Below are positions 17,917 through 27,219 of a DNA stretch of 64,000 bases, one piece after another (the first letter of the stretch is position 1; each line of letters starts with the position of its first letter). Position numbers and translations under genes: made by a program. A model generated the notes under the pieces. That model ran no database searches. It worked only from the letters and a program-made list of their open reading frames with translations, and was not told where the DNA came from. The DNA is from a virus. The DNA lies in IMG/VR virus record IMGVR_UViG_3300010397_000003, positions 1-64,000 of that record; one strand, 5' to 3'.

Positions 17917-18156
17917 TTAAACGACTTCTTCGCTTAACGATCCATCGTCTCGAAGCCAGGTAATGCCCCTGACCTCGATTGCTCCAGTCATTGACGGCCA
18001 CGTCCTCCGGTCGTAAAACTGCGCCATCGCGTCGGGCCCGTCTTTGGCTGCGTCAATTTCACGCTCTCGCCAGTCTGGCCATTTCGCATTCGCTTTTAGT
18101 TCTTTGGTGCGATAGGTGATTAGGGCGCGTTGCGGTTTCTTGTCTTTGTCGTCCAT
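17917..18156 (-). CDS. hypothetical protein
   Basis: AGGAG RBS before MDDKDKK. Confidence 0.55.
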   Translation of the reverse strand: MDDKDKKPQRALITYRTKELKANAKWPDWREREIDAAKDGPDAMAQFYDRRTWPSMTGAIEVRGITWLRDDGSLSEEVV

Positions 18157-18163
18157 GTTTCTC

Positions 18164-19027
18164 CTAGAAGGGCACGTCGTCATCCGATTGATCGTCGCCG
18201 ACAGATTTATTCAGCCGGAAGTTGTCTAGCTTCTCGCTTAACGCTTGAATCAAATCTTCTGTCTGCTCGAAGGAGAGACCGGCAGCGCCCTTGGTCGTTT
18301 CAAACTTCTCGTTCACGTACTGGTCAAGTCTGGCTGGGCTGAATGGCGGCTCGTAGCCTTCATCGTTTAGCAGCTTGCACGCGCTCCGCACGCCCTTCAT
18401 CAGCGCTTCCTTGCGCTCGGCCATTAGATTGCCCTGCGGCGGCTCAGAGGCCGGAGAATCGCCCAGGATGACGTTGTGACGCTGCGCGTCAATGCAGACC
18501 GTAGCGAAGCAGGCTTGCTTGGCCTGATCGTCCACAAGGTTCAAAGCAGTAATGAGTTCAATGGCAACATCGGCACAGCCCAGAAGGTGCGTCTTAAAAC
18601 TTTCGGCGTCGTATCTCTGTGGCGCCGAATACTCTACGCGGGTGTCAGGCTTGTGACCGTTCCCGTTCGATTTGGCCGGCGCAGTTGTTCCGTTTCCGTT
18701 CTGCCATTCCCACTTGGCCGAGCCCGTAACAACGATCTGATCGAAGGTCTTATCTCTGTATTGCTCATGCTGAACGCTAAGACCTGTCAGTCCGTGCTGC
18801 TTTGAATGGTTCGCTTTGAGTATGACCGTTTGCCCGGCCTTATCGTTTCCGACAGCATCGACATTCTTTAGTTTTAATCGCCCGCCACCGGCCAGTTGTA
18901 GTGTTTGAAACGACCACGGGCCATGTTCACCTTCGCCCGATTTTCGCTCGTAAACTTTGTCGATCTTTACTGTCACCTCTGGCGGCGTGAACCCGTCTGG
19001 CTGCTGTAAAATTTCTTGTAAATCCAT
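18164..19027 (-). CDS. OB-fold ssDNA-binding/recombination protein
   Basis: beta-rich N-terminus; acidic SSB-type tail DDDVPF; adjacent to exonuclease. Confidence 0.65.
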   Translation of the reverse strand: MDLQEILQQPDGFTPPEVTVKIDKVYERKSGEGEHGPWSFQTLQLAGGGRLKLKNVDAVGNDKAGQTVILKANHSKQHGLTGLSVQHEQYRDKTFDQIVVTGSAKWEWQNGNGTTAPAKSNGNGHKPDTRVEYSAPQRYDAESFKTHLLGCADVAIELITALNLVDDQAKQACFATVCIDAQRHNVILGDSPASEPPQGNLMAERKEALMKGVRSACKLLNDEGYEPPFSPARLDQYVNEKFETTKGAAGLSFEQTEDLIQALSEKLDNFRLNKSVGDDQSDDDVPF

Positions 19028-19035
19028 AAGACTCC

Positions 19036-19713
19036 TTATGCGGCTCGCTTCTTGAGCCTTTTGTCGATGTCGTACGCTTCTCGAAAGAGAATAAACTGAC
19101 GCCAGCCATCATCAAGATTCTCGAAATAGTGATGACTAAAATCTGCTTCGTCGCGGCTGAATCGGCATAGATGGAATCCGCCCTCGATTGGCTGATCAGG
19201 GAAGTTTTCTTCCCAAAGAGCTTTGTACGCCGCTACCTGTACCAAGGCATCCCGATAGATAGCCGATGAAGTTTTCCAGTCTGCGAGGCTTCGTACGCCG
19301 TCAATTTCCACAACTGCGATTCCGTCAAACGTGCCGCCGAATTTATACTTCTCAGACACTAGGGCCATTTCCGTTTTGACCACCGAGAGTTTCGTGGTTC
19401 GTTCCCAATTCAAATAGTTTTCATAGGCGCGGTTCGCTCTTTCCAGAATCTCCGGCGAAACCTTTTCCGCTTCAATCATCGCCGTGATTTCCGCGTCAGA
19501 CTTTCCGGTGATGTGATACTCGACTAGCGCGTGGGCGATGGTTCCAGCTTGCGCGGCGTCGTCCTTCGTCTCGCGGAAGTCGAACCCGTTGCGACCCTGA
19601 TCCCAAGCCCAATAGATGATGCCGCCAGAGTCCTTAAAGCGTCCGATGATGGTCGTGACGCCAGGGACTTTTGTGCCGTCCGCGAGGTGATATCCGCCTT
19701 TAGGCCGCGACAT
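19036..19713 (-). CDS. PD-(D/E)XK exonuclease (phage recombination)
   Basis: PGVTTI, GTxxH, GTFD, DWKTS, QVAAY. Confidence 0.85.
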   Translation of the reverse strand: MSRPKGGYHLADGTKVPGVTTIIGRFKDSGGIIYWAWDQGRNGFDFRETKDDAAQAGTIAHALVEYHITGKSDAEITAMIEAEKVSPEILERANRAYENYLNWERTTKLSVVKTEMALVSEKYKFGGTFDGIAVVEIDGVRSLADWKTSSAIYRDALVQVAAYKALWEENFPDQPIEGGFHLCRFSRDEADFSHHYFENLDDGWRQFILFREAYDIDKRLKKRAA

Positions 19714-19827
19714 TTAACGCCTCCACTTGCTCCCGACGCTCCACTGAATCCGCCCAGACGCACATCTCGCATCTGCACGTCGCTGAATCGTGAATACCTG
19801 TCATGTTCGGCGCTTCATTCATCTCTC

Positions 19828-20217
19828 TCACACTCCACCAGGGACTATGCGACTCACAATTCCATACCTAAATGCTTCAATTCTCTCCGTCCGGTTCAGC
19901 CGCCAGCAGATCAACTTTTCGTTCATCCCCGGCCGATTCTGATTTCGCCGATCTATCGTGACGACTCCATTGATCGCTTCGTAGTGCGCCACGCGATCCG
20001 CTTCTTCTCTTTCTTCGTCCGTTAAGGGCTTAACTGGTATCCGAGGATCGGGCATTGCCGGAAGAATCTTGGCGATCTCTTTCTTGGCCCGCTCGGCACC
20101 TAATCTCGTTTGGGCATAAGCGATTATTTTTTTGCCGTAGTACAAGTCCCATCGGTGACGCGGAAACGGGCCAGCAGGATTCGCGGGCAGGATGTGAATC
20201 GACATGCTTCCGATCAT
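19828..20217 (-). CDS. hypothetical protein
   Basis: 129 aa ORF in operon. Confidence 0.55.
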   Translation of the reverse strand: MIGSMSIHILPANPAGPFPRHRWDLYYGKKIIAYAQTRLGAERAKKEIAKILPAMPDPRIPVKPLTDEEREEADRVAHYEAINGVVTIDRRNQNRPGMNEKLICWRLNRTERIEAFRYGIVSRIVPGGV

Positions 20218-20231
20218 TGCTTTACCTTCCC

Positions 20232-20543
20232 TTAGAACGCCGTCGCAGCTTTGGGATTTGTGATATGCCCGATCCCGCTTTCCGGCTTGACTTCATCTGC
20301 GAATAGCGGCCTGAACCATGCTTGCGGGCACTCCGCGTCGATGTACTCAAGGCCGTGGCGTTTGACCGTCAACCAGAGAACGCCAAGCATTTGCGGCGGG
20401 TAGCCGTTCGCGTTATCGCTCCACTGCTGCGCCATTGATTCGTTCTCCGGCGCGGCCTTGACTCGCTCGACAACCGCATCAACTTGAGCCGGAAACATGC
20501 CGCAGTTCGTTAGCCGTTCGCGCATTACCTGTTCAAAGGTCAT
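20232..20543 (-). CDS. hypothetical protein
   Basis: 103 aa; starts just inside arm 20557..20616. Confidence 0.65.
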   Translation of the reverse strand: MTFEQVMRERLTNCGMFPAQVDAVVERVKAAPENESMAQQWSDNANGYPPQMLGVLWLTVKRHGLEYIDAECPQAWFRPLFADEVKPESGIGHITNPKAATAF

Positions 20544-20556
20544 CTGCTTTACTCTC

Positions 20557-20616
20557 GCGGTTTACCGCTTCGATTCGTTGACGTGTCGGACGCCTTGAGA
20601 ACTACCTTGGGCCTCA
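20557..20616 (+). repeat. cassette arm type A
   Basis: closely similar to 17597..17659; back-to-back with arm at 20636. Confidence 0.7.
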
Positions 20617-20622
20617 ATCCCT

Positions 20623-21535
20623 GAATCCTATTTGTCAAAGCCTCGGGCATTCATGGACGCCCGTTTCTATCTGGGTGCGTGGCTCACTTTTTCGCTCGCT
20701 CAAGCCGCTTTCTTTTGCCTTGGAGCGAGGTCTAACCACTTACTTCCCGGCGTTTTGAATTTGATGCAGGCTTGGACGCAGATTTCAGCGGCGATATTCA
20801 GGATTTCATCGCGGGCTTTAGCTCGCGCATAAGCAGCAGCAGCATCAGCAGCATAAGCAGCAGCATCAGCAGCATAAGCAGCAGCATCAGCAGCATCAGC
20901 AGCAGCAGCATCAGCAGCATAAGCAGCAGCATCAGCAGCATAAGCAGCAGCAGCAGCATAAGCAGCATAAGCAGCACGGCACGCCTTACGGGCGTTTTCG
21001 GCGGCCTCTCGCGTGCCCTCGTTCTCGCAGCGGAGCGCGGCTTCGACAATGGCTCCAGCGTGAATTTTATCTTTGAATCTCAGCGCGGTAGCGCGAAGCG
21101 TGACGGGAAGAATCTGGCGAATCACTTGCTCCGCGAGGTGCATCACGAACTCTTTACGGAGTTGGCGATTCTCAGGCAGGTCAAGGAACTCGCTTCCAAG
21201 TTGAGCGATCGCCGCGCGTCTCATCCCTGCGGTTCGGGCCGCATTACTTGACCACGCTGCATCGTTGATTCGGATTTTGTATCGCCGGATGCAATTCGCT
21301 ACGCACTCCGGCTGATCGCCGTGCGGTAATTCGAGCGCATAGCAGATGGCCGCTTCAACGCACATCTTTCCCGGCTTCGCGACGCCTAAGCCGGACACAA
21401 GACCAGCATCCACGACCCCTAAAACCTTCCGCGCATGGTTTTTGGTTAGCTTCACCGTCTTTCTCCTTCGCCGCAAGGCGGCCCCACACTCTTTACTAAA
21501 ACGGGCGTCTTGATTCACCCTTTGGCTTCAGCCCT
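20623..21535 (-). mobile_element. putative single-gene cassette (A arms 20636..20699 and 21470..21530)
   Basis: TGA stop abuts one arm head; RBS and GTG start follow the other. Confidence 0.75.
20700..21455 (-). CDS. hypothetical protein with A(A/Y/D)A low-complexity repeat
   Basis: GTG 21455 after AAGGAG; tandem GCT/TAT/GAT repeats 20828..20975. Confidence 0.75.
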   Translation of the reverse strand: MKLTKNHARKVLGVVDAGLVSGLGVAKPGKMCVEAAICYALELPHGDQPECVANCIRRYKIRINDAAWSSNAARTAGMRRAAIAQLGSEFLDLPENRQLRKEFVMHLAEQVIRQILPVTLRATALRFKDKIHAGAIVEAALRCENEGTREAAENARKACRAAYAAYAAAAAYAADAAAYAADAAAADAADAAAYAADAAAYAADAAAAYARAKARDEILNIAAEICVQACIKFKTPGSKWLDLAPRQKKAA

Positions 21536-21929
21536 GCGGTTCGTGCGGTGTTTTAGGTATTCGCTAGCCCTGAACAGTCCCGCGATTCCTGACGCGATCT
21601 GCTTCCGGTAATTCTTGAAAGAGAACGCCGGAGCCTGACCGGGTTTACGCTGTTTGTTGTCGCCGTACCTGTTACACCGAGTCCCGACAAACATTTCAGA
21701 CTGGTTCCGCTTGATGTTTCTGATTGATGTTCCGTTCATGATTTTTCCCTCTATGTCCGTATCCGTACTGTCAATCTCACCTGACTTCCGCCGACATTTC
21801 ACGTAACTTTGAATCTTGACGATTTTCTTGCTTTAGGCTTAACCTCAGTCCACTAAGGAAAACCCCTATTCCCCCATGCCCGCGTTTTCGGCTGCGACTT
21901 TCAGGCAGCCTTAATTTGGAGCAAACGAG

Positions 21930-22112
21930 CTACGCAGCTGACACTTGCTTAATCGCGCCCTGAACATCTGGCGATTCATCGATCAGCTTCTTGATAACTT
22001 TTGAAACGGATCGGTCGTCAGCTTTGGCTACGAGCTTGAGGGCTTCCGCCGTGACGGGCGTAACCATCGCTCCCACGAGCACTAAATCTGTTTTTTTCTT
22101 TTTCTTAGCCAT
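21930..22112 (-). CDS. ribbon-helix-helix regulator (Cro-position)
   Basis: LVGAMV strand, AEALKLVA, DDRSVSKVIKKLI. Confidence 0.75.
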   Translation of the reverse strand: MAKKKKKTDLVLVGAMVTPVTAEALKLVAKADDRSVSKVIKKLIDESPDVQGAIKQVSAA

Positions 22113-22118
22113 CGGCCT

Positions 22119-22150
22119 AAGAATAACCTTAAAGGTTTTTGAAAGTCAAT
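22119..22150 (-). promoter_or_regulatory. leftward sigma70 promoter with palindromic operator
   Basis: TTGACT-N18-TATTCT; AACCTTaAAGGTT at 22125..22137 in the spacer. Confidence 0.6.
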
Positions 22151-22194
22151 AGAAATTATTTAGGAAGATAAATCTAGCAGAGGAGTCTTAAGAG

Positions 22195-22422
22195 ATGGTA
22201 AAAAAGCGCGTGCCTAAGGAGAACCGCGATGCCAAAATGATCGGGTTTCTCGCTACGCCTACCCTTCGTGCGGAATTAGAGCGGATAGCCGAGTATGAAG
22301 AACGCTCCCTCAGCTATGTTTGCTTTGCATTGGTTCAAAAAGGACTGGACACATACCAGCAGGATCATGATCTGCGCAGCCCTCGCAACCTTCCCGCGCG
22401 TAAAAGTAAGAACAGTCCATAA
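22195..22422 (+). CDS. ribbon-helix-helix regulator (repressor position)
   Basis: MIGFLA strand, RAELERIA, EERSLSYV; divergent from 21930..22112. Confidence 0.75.
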   Translation: MVKKRVPKENRDAKMIGFLATPTLRAELERIAEYEERSLSYVCFALVQKGLDTYQQDHDLRSPRNLPARKSKNSP

Positions 22423-22683
22423 TTGTCCCCGTTTGACCGCCCCGGCATCCATCTAATTTTGGGAGGTTCCGCCAAAATGGAACGCATTGATCTTATTGAC
22501 CGCCTTCTCCCCGCACCCTCGCACACCCTTGTCGTGGAAACCCCAAAAGGGGAACTGATCCTGGTATCCACAGAGCGAAAACCTAAGCGCGGAGATACGG
22601 TCTTCGTGGATGAGGCTTTTAAGAAGTATCGCAGAGGAGCGGCCATCACTGGCGTTGCCTACTGCGTGATCTCCTTCCTCTAA
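22423..22683 (+). CDS. degenerate LexA/S24-like C-terminal domain protein
   Basis: GELILV..KPKRGDTVFV..ITGVAYCVI resembles S24 fold; no GxSM Ser motif. Confidence 0.4.
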   Translation: MSPFDRPGIHLILGGSAKMERIDLIDRLLPAPSHTLVVETPKGELILVSTERKPKRGDTVFVDEAFKKYRRGAAITGVAYCVISFL

Positions 22684-22727
22684 AAACCGCCTAGTTTTAG
22701 CCCCATTAAATTTAAGTGCGAAAAGTC

Positions 22728-22757
22728 TTGACTTTTGTCTTAAAGGTTCTTTAGAAT
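22728..22757 (+). promoter_or_regulatory. rightward sigma70 promoter with operator-like site
   Basis: TTGACT-N18-TAGAAT containing CTTAAAGGTT. Confidence 0.65.
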
Positions 22758-22769
22758 GCTTCAAAGCCC

Positions 22770-23270
22770 ATGAAGCACCTATACATCGGAATGCAAGAAC
22801 AGCGGCGGGTGAGGGACTTTTTGTTTCGCCACCTGCACCTGCTCGGACGCGACGAGCAAAACATTCTTGTTCTGAGGTATGGCGTGATCAAGGTGGGGCG
22901 TGTTGGCTGGGGCGAGGTGGCGGCGCTTTTGGGCATTCAGCCTGTTGAACGTGTCCATCAACACCACGCCGCCGCGCTTAAGAAAATCGTAAGACTTTCC
23001 CGCGAAGATATTCCGCCGTCGCTGCGTTGGGACTCAGAAAACGAATATGCGCAGCAAAAGCGTCGCGCCCGTAGACTGCTCATCGCTGCCATTAATACAG
23101 GACGAGTAGAGCGAAAACCGTGTGAAAAGTGCGGCAATCCCAAGTCTGAGGGCCACCACCCTGACTATTCCAAAGCCTTAGAAGTTGTCTGGCTATGCCA
23201 TGCCGATCACGCGGTCGAACACGCAAGGTTGCGGAATAAGTTAAAGCAGTCACAACTCAAAGCAGCCTAG
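22770..23270 (+). CDS. sigma70 region-4-like HTH fused to HNH-like Zn finger
   Basis: EQNILVLRYG..EVAALLG..ERVHQ..ALKKI; CEKCG..HHPDYSK.LEVVWLCHADH. Confidence 0.65.
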   Translation: MKHLYIGMQEQRRVRDFLFRHLHLLGRDEQNILVLRYGVIKVGRVGWGEVAALLGIQPVERVHQHHAAALKKIVRLSREDIPPSLRWDSENEYAQQKRRARRLLIAAINTGRVERKPCEKCGNPKSEGHHPDYSKALEVVWLCHADHAVEHARLRNKLKQSQLKAA

Positions 23271-23281
23271 AGGGAACATTC

Positions 23282-23824
23282 ATGCCAAACACCGAAGCAG
23301 CCACCATAAGAGATCAAGACCAGCCAAAGCCGCTGACTGATATTGCTATAGGAGATCGGGTCTGGGTGAGCGATCGCTATTCACGCGGGCGCGGTGATCT
23401 TCATACGGTTATTCATCTGACTCCGACTCAAGTTCACCTTGACGGCTACAAAAACAAGTTCAAGCGCGGCACTCCGTCGCGCTGGTCAAAAGAGCCTGAC
23501 TGGTCGGGTATTAGCTTTACTCGTGGGCGCATTCTTTCTATCGCGACAGCCGATGAAGCCGCTGCGTGGGACGCAGAAGTCGAGCGCAAGAAGGCCGACA
23601 TTGAGGCGCGCAAACAAGAGGCCGCGAACGTGCAATCGAAGCGCGAAGAATTGTCGGAACTGTTCGGCGCGAAGGAAGGCAACTTTGGAATTTACGTGAC
23701 TGGCGCGTCGTTCGGCGATTCCGAGTTTCGCAAAAACAGATACGACGTGACGTTTCATAGCCTTACAGAGAGCGAAGTGCGCGACATGGCGAAACGGTTT
23801 GCGGCGCAAGAGACACAGAAATGA
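23282..23824 (+). CDS. hypothetical protein (SH3-like N-terminus)
   Basis: IAIGDRVWV...LTPTQV. Confidence 0.65.
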   Translation: MPNTEAATIRDQDQPKPLTDIAIGDRVWVSDRYSRGRGDLHTVIHLTPTQVHLDGYKNKFKRGTPSRWSKEPDWSGISFTRGRILSIATADEAAAWDAEVERKKADIEARKQEAANVQSKREELSELFGAKEGNFGIYVTGASFGDSEFRKNRYDVTFHSLTESEVRDMAKRFAAQETQK

Positions 23825-23907
23825 ACGCCACCCAAACACAACCCGAACCAATCAAGACCTTTATCTGTGGATGTAGAGAAGATGAACCGTGCTTCGATCA
23901 TAAACTG

Positions 23908-24758
23908 AAAGATTCTGAGTGTGAGACCACAGGGAGTCTTGTGGGGTTCGTTTTAATGAAGATTAGAAGCACGTAAACGTGCGAGGGGGAAGCGATGATC
24001 GAAATCAAAAACAGGTACACGGGCGCAGTCATTGTCCGCGATGGTGAGGCTGAGACGCTACGAGATGCGGTGATTCGATTCGTCGCAAACGAGCGAGCAG
24101 CGGAGCGCTCTGCCGACTTGAGCTCTGCCGACTTGCGCTCTGCCGACTTGCGCTCTGCCAACTTGCGCTCTGCCAACTTGCGCTCTGCCAACTTGCGCTC
24201 TGCCAACTTGAGCTCTGCCAACTTGCGCTATGCCGACTTGCGCTCTGCCAACTTGCGCTCTGCCAACTTGCGCTATGCCGACTTGCGCTCTGCCAACTTG
24301 CGCTCTGCCAACTTGAGCTCTGCCGACTTGAGCTCTGCCGACTTGAGCTCTGCCGACTTGCGCTCTGCCAACTTGCCATCCCCAACCGCCGTTCTGCTGG
24401 CGACGTGGGGTGATTTATCGCCGCAACTTGTCGCTGATCTAATGGTGTTCGACGCGGCTAACCATCCCAACCCTGAAGCGTTCGACGCTTGGGCCAAAGG
24501 CGGTTCGTGTCCCTATAGCGGCGTTCGCGTTCAGAGGGCCGCAAATTTCACAGAAGACGCAAGGGAGTGGGGCAAAGGCGTATCGTGTCGCCCCTATGAT
24601 TTGATGGTGCGGGTACTGGCTGAGAAGTGTCCCGAATGGTCAGAAGAGAGGATCGCGGAATTCACCAAGAGGTTTGAAGCGAGCGATAGCTCGCCACGCA
24701 ACTAAGCCAAACACGGACGCCTTGAGTCGCCCTATGGCTGCACATAAAGAAAAAGATT
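23908..24758 (+). mobile_element. putative single-gene cassette (A arms 23922..23982 and 24679..24742)
   Basis: inverted arms; AAAGATT duplicated at 23908..23914 and 24752..24758. Confidence 0.78.
23995..24705 (+). CDS. pentapeptide-repeat protein
   Basis: A(D/N)L(R/S)(S/Y) repeats encoded by 15-bp tandem repeat ~24105..24376. Confidence 0.9.
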   Translation: MIEIKNRYTGAVIVRDGEAETLRDAVIRFVANERAAERSADLSSADLRSADLRSANLRSANLRSANLRSANLSSANLRYADLRSANLRSANLRYADLRSANLRSANLSSADLSSADLSSADLRSANLPSPTAVLLATWGDLSPQLVADLMVFDAANHPNPEAFDAWAKGGSCPYSGVRVQRAANFTEDAREWGKGVSCRPYDLMVRVLAEKCPEWSEERIAEFTKRFEASDSSPRN

Positions 24759-24770
24759 TAGGAGCAGAAA

Positions 24771-25139
24771 ATGAATCAGGTAAATGAAGCCAAGAACCTT
24801 TCTAGCGTAACGTCTGAATCCCCAAGTCCTGCGCTGTTACCGTGTCCTTTTTGCGGCGGTCAGGCGATCGACTCAAGCGAGGCCGATGAGGTGAGCGGAA
24901 CGTGTTATTGGGTCGAATGCAACTCTGGCGTTTGCGGGGGCCGAACCGATCCCTTTTTCGCAATCGAGTCAGCAATCGAAGCGTGGAACACTCGCCCCCC
25001 TGCCTCCCCTTTAATTGCTGCTGCTCCCGCGTTACTCGAAGCTGCGAAGTTCGCGCTCATTAGATTATTACAAGATTCAGGGGATGCGGACTCAATCAAC
25101 AAATTGACCGCTGCTATTACCTCAGCAGAAGGAAAGTAA
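24771..25139 (+). CDS. Lar-family restriction-alleviation-like protein
   Basis: LLPCPFCGG..WVEC..C..AIEAWNTR; N-terminus overlaps B arm 24773..24822. Confidence 0.75.
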   Translation: MNQVNEAKNLSSVTSESPSPALLPCPFCGGQAIDSSEADEVSGTCYWVECNSGVCGGRTDPFFAIESAIEAWNTRPPASPLIAAAPALLEAAKFALIRLLQDSGDADSINKLTAAITSAEGK

Positions 25140-25141
25140 CC

Positions 25142-25411
25142 ATGAGACGAGAAATCATCGGCGTATCGCAAGCTGTTAGAGCGGGAGCGCGAGTAGTAAA
25201 CATCGACTTCGGGATGGACGACGAAGATCGCTGCGAACTCCGCGAAGGCGAAGATCGATGTCCGAATCGGGCAACGCGGATCGTGAAAGAACCTTATACG
25301 CCCGCAGGGTTTCAGCAATTCGTCTGCGATGAATGCGCGAAGTCTCAGATTGATTTTGGATACATCGACGGAGGATTGATTTGTGATTCGTTGAAAGGTG
25401 GCTGCAAATGA
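25142..25411 (+). CDS. hypothetical Cys-rich protein
   Basis: operon-coupled ORF. Confidence 0.55.
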   Translation: MRREIIGVSQAVRAGARVVNIDFGMDDEDRCELREGEDRCPNRATRIVKEPYTPAGFQQFVCDECAKSQIDFGYIDGGLICDSLKGGCK

Positions 25412-25601
25412 CAATTACGATCAAGTTTACGGACTCTGAGGCGCGGGTGGCCCATGCATACCTAAAGGCTCGCTACAAGTCCAAAGCGTCATTTGAGAAG
25501 CTGGCGAAGCTGGCTATCCGTACCGAAGTTGCGGCACAAGCGCGAATTGAACTCGAAAAGATTGGGACGCGCCTCAACGCCCAAAAAGAGGAAGGTCAAT
25601 C

Positions 25602-25820
25602 GTGATAGCCGAGATAGCAGTCAGCGAAGTGAATCTAGATGTTGACTGGATTCCCTGTGAGAAGTGTCACCGCACTGGATGGCTTGACTATGAGGTTGAC
25701 TACTTTGGTCGTAAGACAGAACCAGGAAGATGTAATGCGCTAGGGTGCGAGGCGGGAATGGTGGCTCAAAGCCAAGGGCATTCAGCGACGACCGTTAATC
25801 ACAGAATGTTGGGCGCGTGA
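25602..25820 (+). CDS. Zn-finger protein whose C-terminus runs into a cassette arm
   Basis: CEKCHRTG..CNALGCEAG then arm sequence. Confidence 0.6.
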   Translation: MIAEIAVSEVNLDVDWIPCEKCHRTGWLDYEVDYFGRKTEPGRCNALGCEAGMVAQSQGHSATTVNHRMLGA

Positions 25821-26241
25821 ACGCGCTAGGCAAAGAAAAGGGAAAGCATGAGCCGATACGTGTCTCCTAACAATCTCAAGCCGTCACCATTGTCTTGTGC
25901 GGCGACTTAGAAGCGATTTGGGATTGGCGTTATCAGAAAGCGACGAGAACTATGCGCTCTATGGTTGCGCAGCGGGTCGTAATCAGAAATCGGCGGGAGC
26001 GTGGGCTTGGGAGTTGTATGTGCGACAGCGCGGCGAGTGGCGACCAATGGGGATCGGTTCGTGCGACCCTGCGAGTTCGATGCGCAAGCAAAGCACTCTA
26101 ACGAGTTTTACCAATCACGGGGATTGCGAGGTTTGTATCGAACAACCGCGAACAGGGAAGAAGGCAACACGAACCTAGACCGCGTAAGCGGCAACAACCG
26201 TGACCTGTGGGGTTGAGTTTTGTTGCAGCATTAACAGAAAG
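25756..26241 (+). mobile_element. putative gene cassette (A arm 25767..25826, B arm 26164..26236)
   Basis: outward arms; GAAtG/GAAaG at junctions; removal restores an open frame. Confidence 0.7.
25897..26178 (+). CDS. hypothetical protein (start uncertain)
   Basis: ends ATRT* inside B arm, as does 33470..34084. Confidence 0.5.
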   Translation: MRRLRSDLGLALSESDENYALYGCAAGRNQKSAGAWAWELYVRQRGEWRPMGIGSCDPASSMRKQSTLTSFTNHGDCEVCIEQPRTGKKATRT

Positions 26242-26302
26242 ATTTTCGTGTTTGTAGACAGAAAGATTTTGTTTGAGGGTTGAAGTAAGAGAGGCGGCTT
26301 AG

Positions 26303-26635
26303 ATGAAAAAGCGAATCAAGAAACTTTGGGTTGATGCGTTGCGGAGCGGTGAGTTTCAACAGTGCGAAAGGACGCTGCGTAAAGGCGGCGGTAAAAATGT
26401 TGAGTATTGCTGTCTCGGCGTGCTTGAACAGATTCGTGTTCAAGAAACAGGCGACCGCTTTACTCGCGGTAAGGGCTCCTATGCCGGATTGCTTTCTGAG
26501 AAAACTCAAGCGTGGGCCGGATTATCGACATCCGATCCGGTGTTAATGCCGTTGCGGAAAAAGACCGCCTCGGATCTTAACGATGACGGCAAGACCTTCG
26601 CAGAAATCGCAGATCGAATCGAGAAGTATCTGTAA
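26303..26635 (+). CDS. conserved phage hypothetical protein
   Basis: WVDALRSGEFQQ..YCCLGVL..LND.GKTFAEIAD. Confidence 0.75.
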   Translation: MKKRIKKLWVDALRSGEFQQCERTLRKGGGKNVEYCCLGVLEQIRVQETGDRFTRGKGSYAGLLSEKTQAWAGLSTSDPVLMPLRKKTASDLNDDGKTFAEIADRIEKYL

Positions 26636-26831
26636 GAAACGGAGAACCAATCATGCCGCTAACACTTGATGAAGTAATCGACGCCTTAACGCTCGCTCGC
26701 GATGCGGTCAATGGCGTTGACGGACTTACGCCCGTCGATGTTTGGATGGGCGATGATGTCGCAACGATTCGAGAGATTGCTTCCGACATGAATGGCGTCT
26801 CGATTTATCTGGATGCCGATTAGGAGAACCT

Positions 26832-27077
26832 ATGAGTACGCCAGTCAAAACACTTCCATTCCCGCAACGCCAGATCGTCCCTATCGCCCCGGGGGAATTT
26901 TCAATTCAACAACTGACCATGATCCGTGAAGCAATCCTCTGTGTCGTTGACGAAGGAAACCGAGACGGCTTGGTCTGGATGCTGGATACCGAGGACGAAG
27001 ATCGAGCGAACCAGGATCGTCTCGACTTTTGTGACGCGGTGCAATCGTATTTAGTGGATCGAACGGTGAAGTTGTGA
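26832..27077 (+). CDS. hypothetical protein
   Basis: AGGAG RBS. Confidence 0.55.
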   Translation: MSTPVKTLPFPQRQIVPIAPGEFSIQQLTMIREAILCVVDEGNRDGLVWMLDTEDEDRANQDRLDFCDAVQSYLVDRTVKL

Positions 27078-27219
27078 TCGTGGAGTGGAAGTAGACAGAT
27101 GTACGAATGCGCAACCATTGGATGCACTAATCGCGTGTCGCACCCCGACCAGTTATGCGTGACGTGTTCTGATGACGATCAGCCTTGGGACGATGACTAC
27201 GATCCTGATGATGAAGGTT

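Noticed and set aside
20772-21251. Ser-rich and Leu/Met-rich ORFs
   Set aside because: Alternative-frame shadows of the Ala-rich repeat in 20700..21455
24105-24376. 15-bp tandem array as CRISPR or VNTR element
   Set aside because: In-frame pentapeptide-repeat coding; the antisense ORFs 23898..24221 and 24029..24385 are shadows
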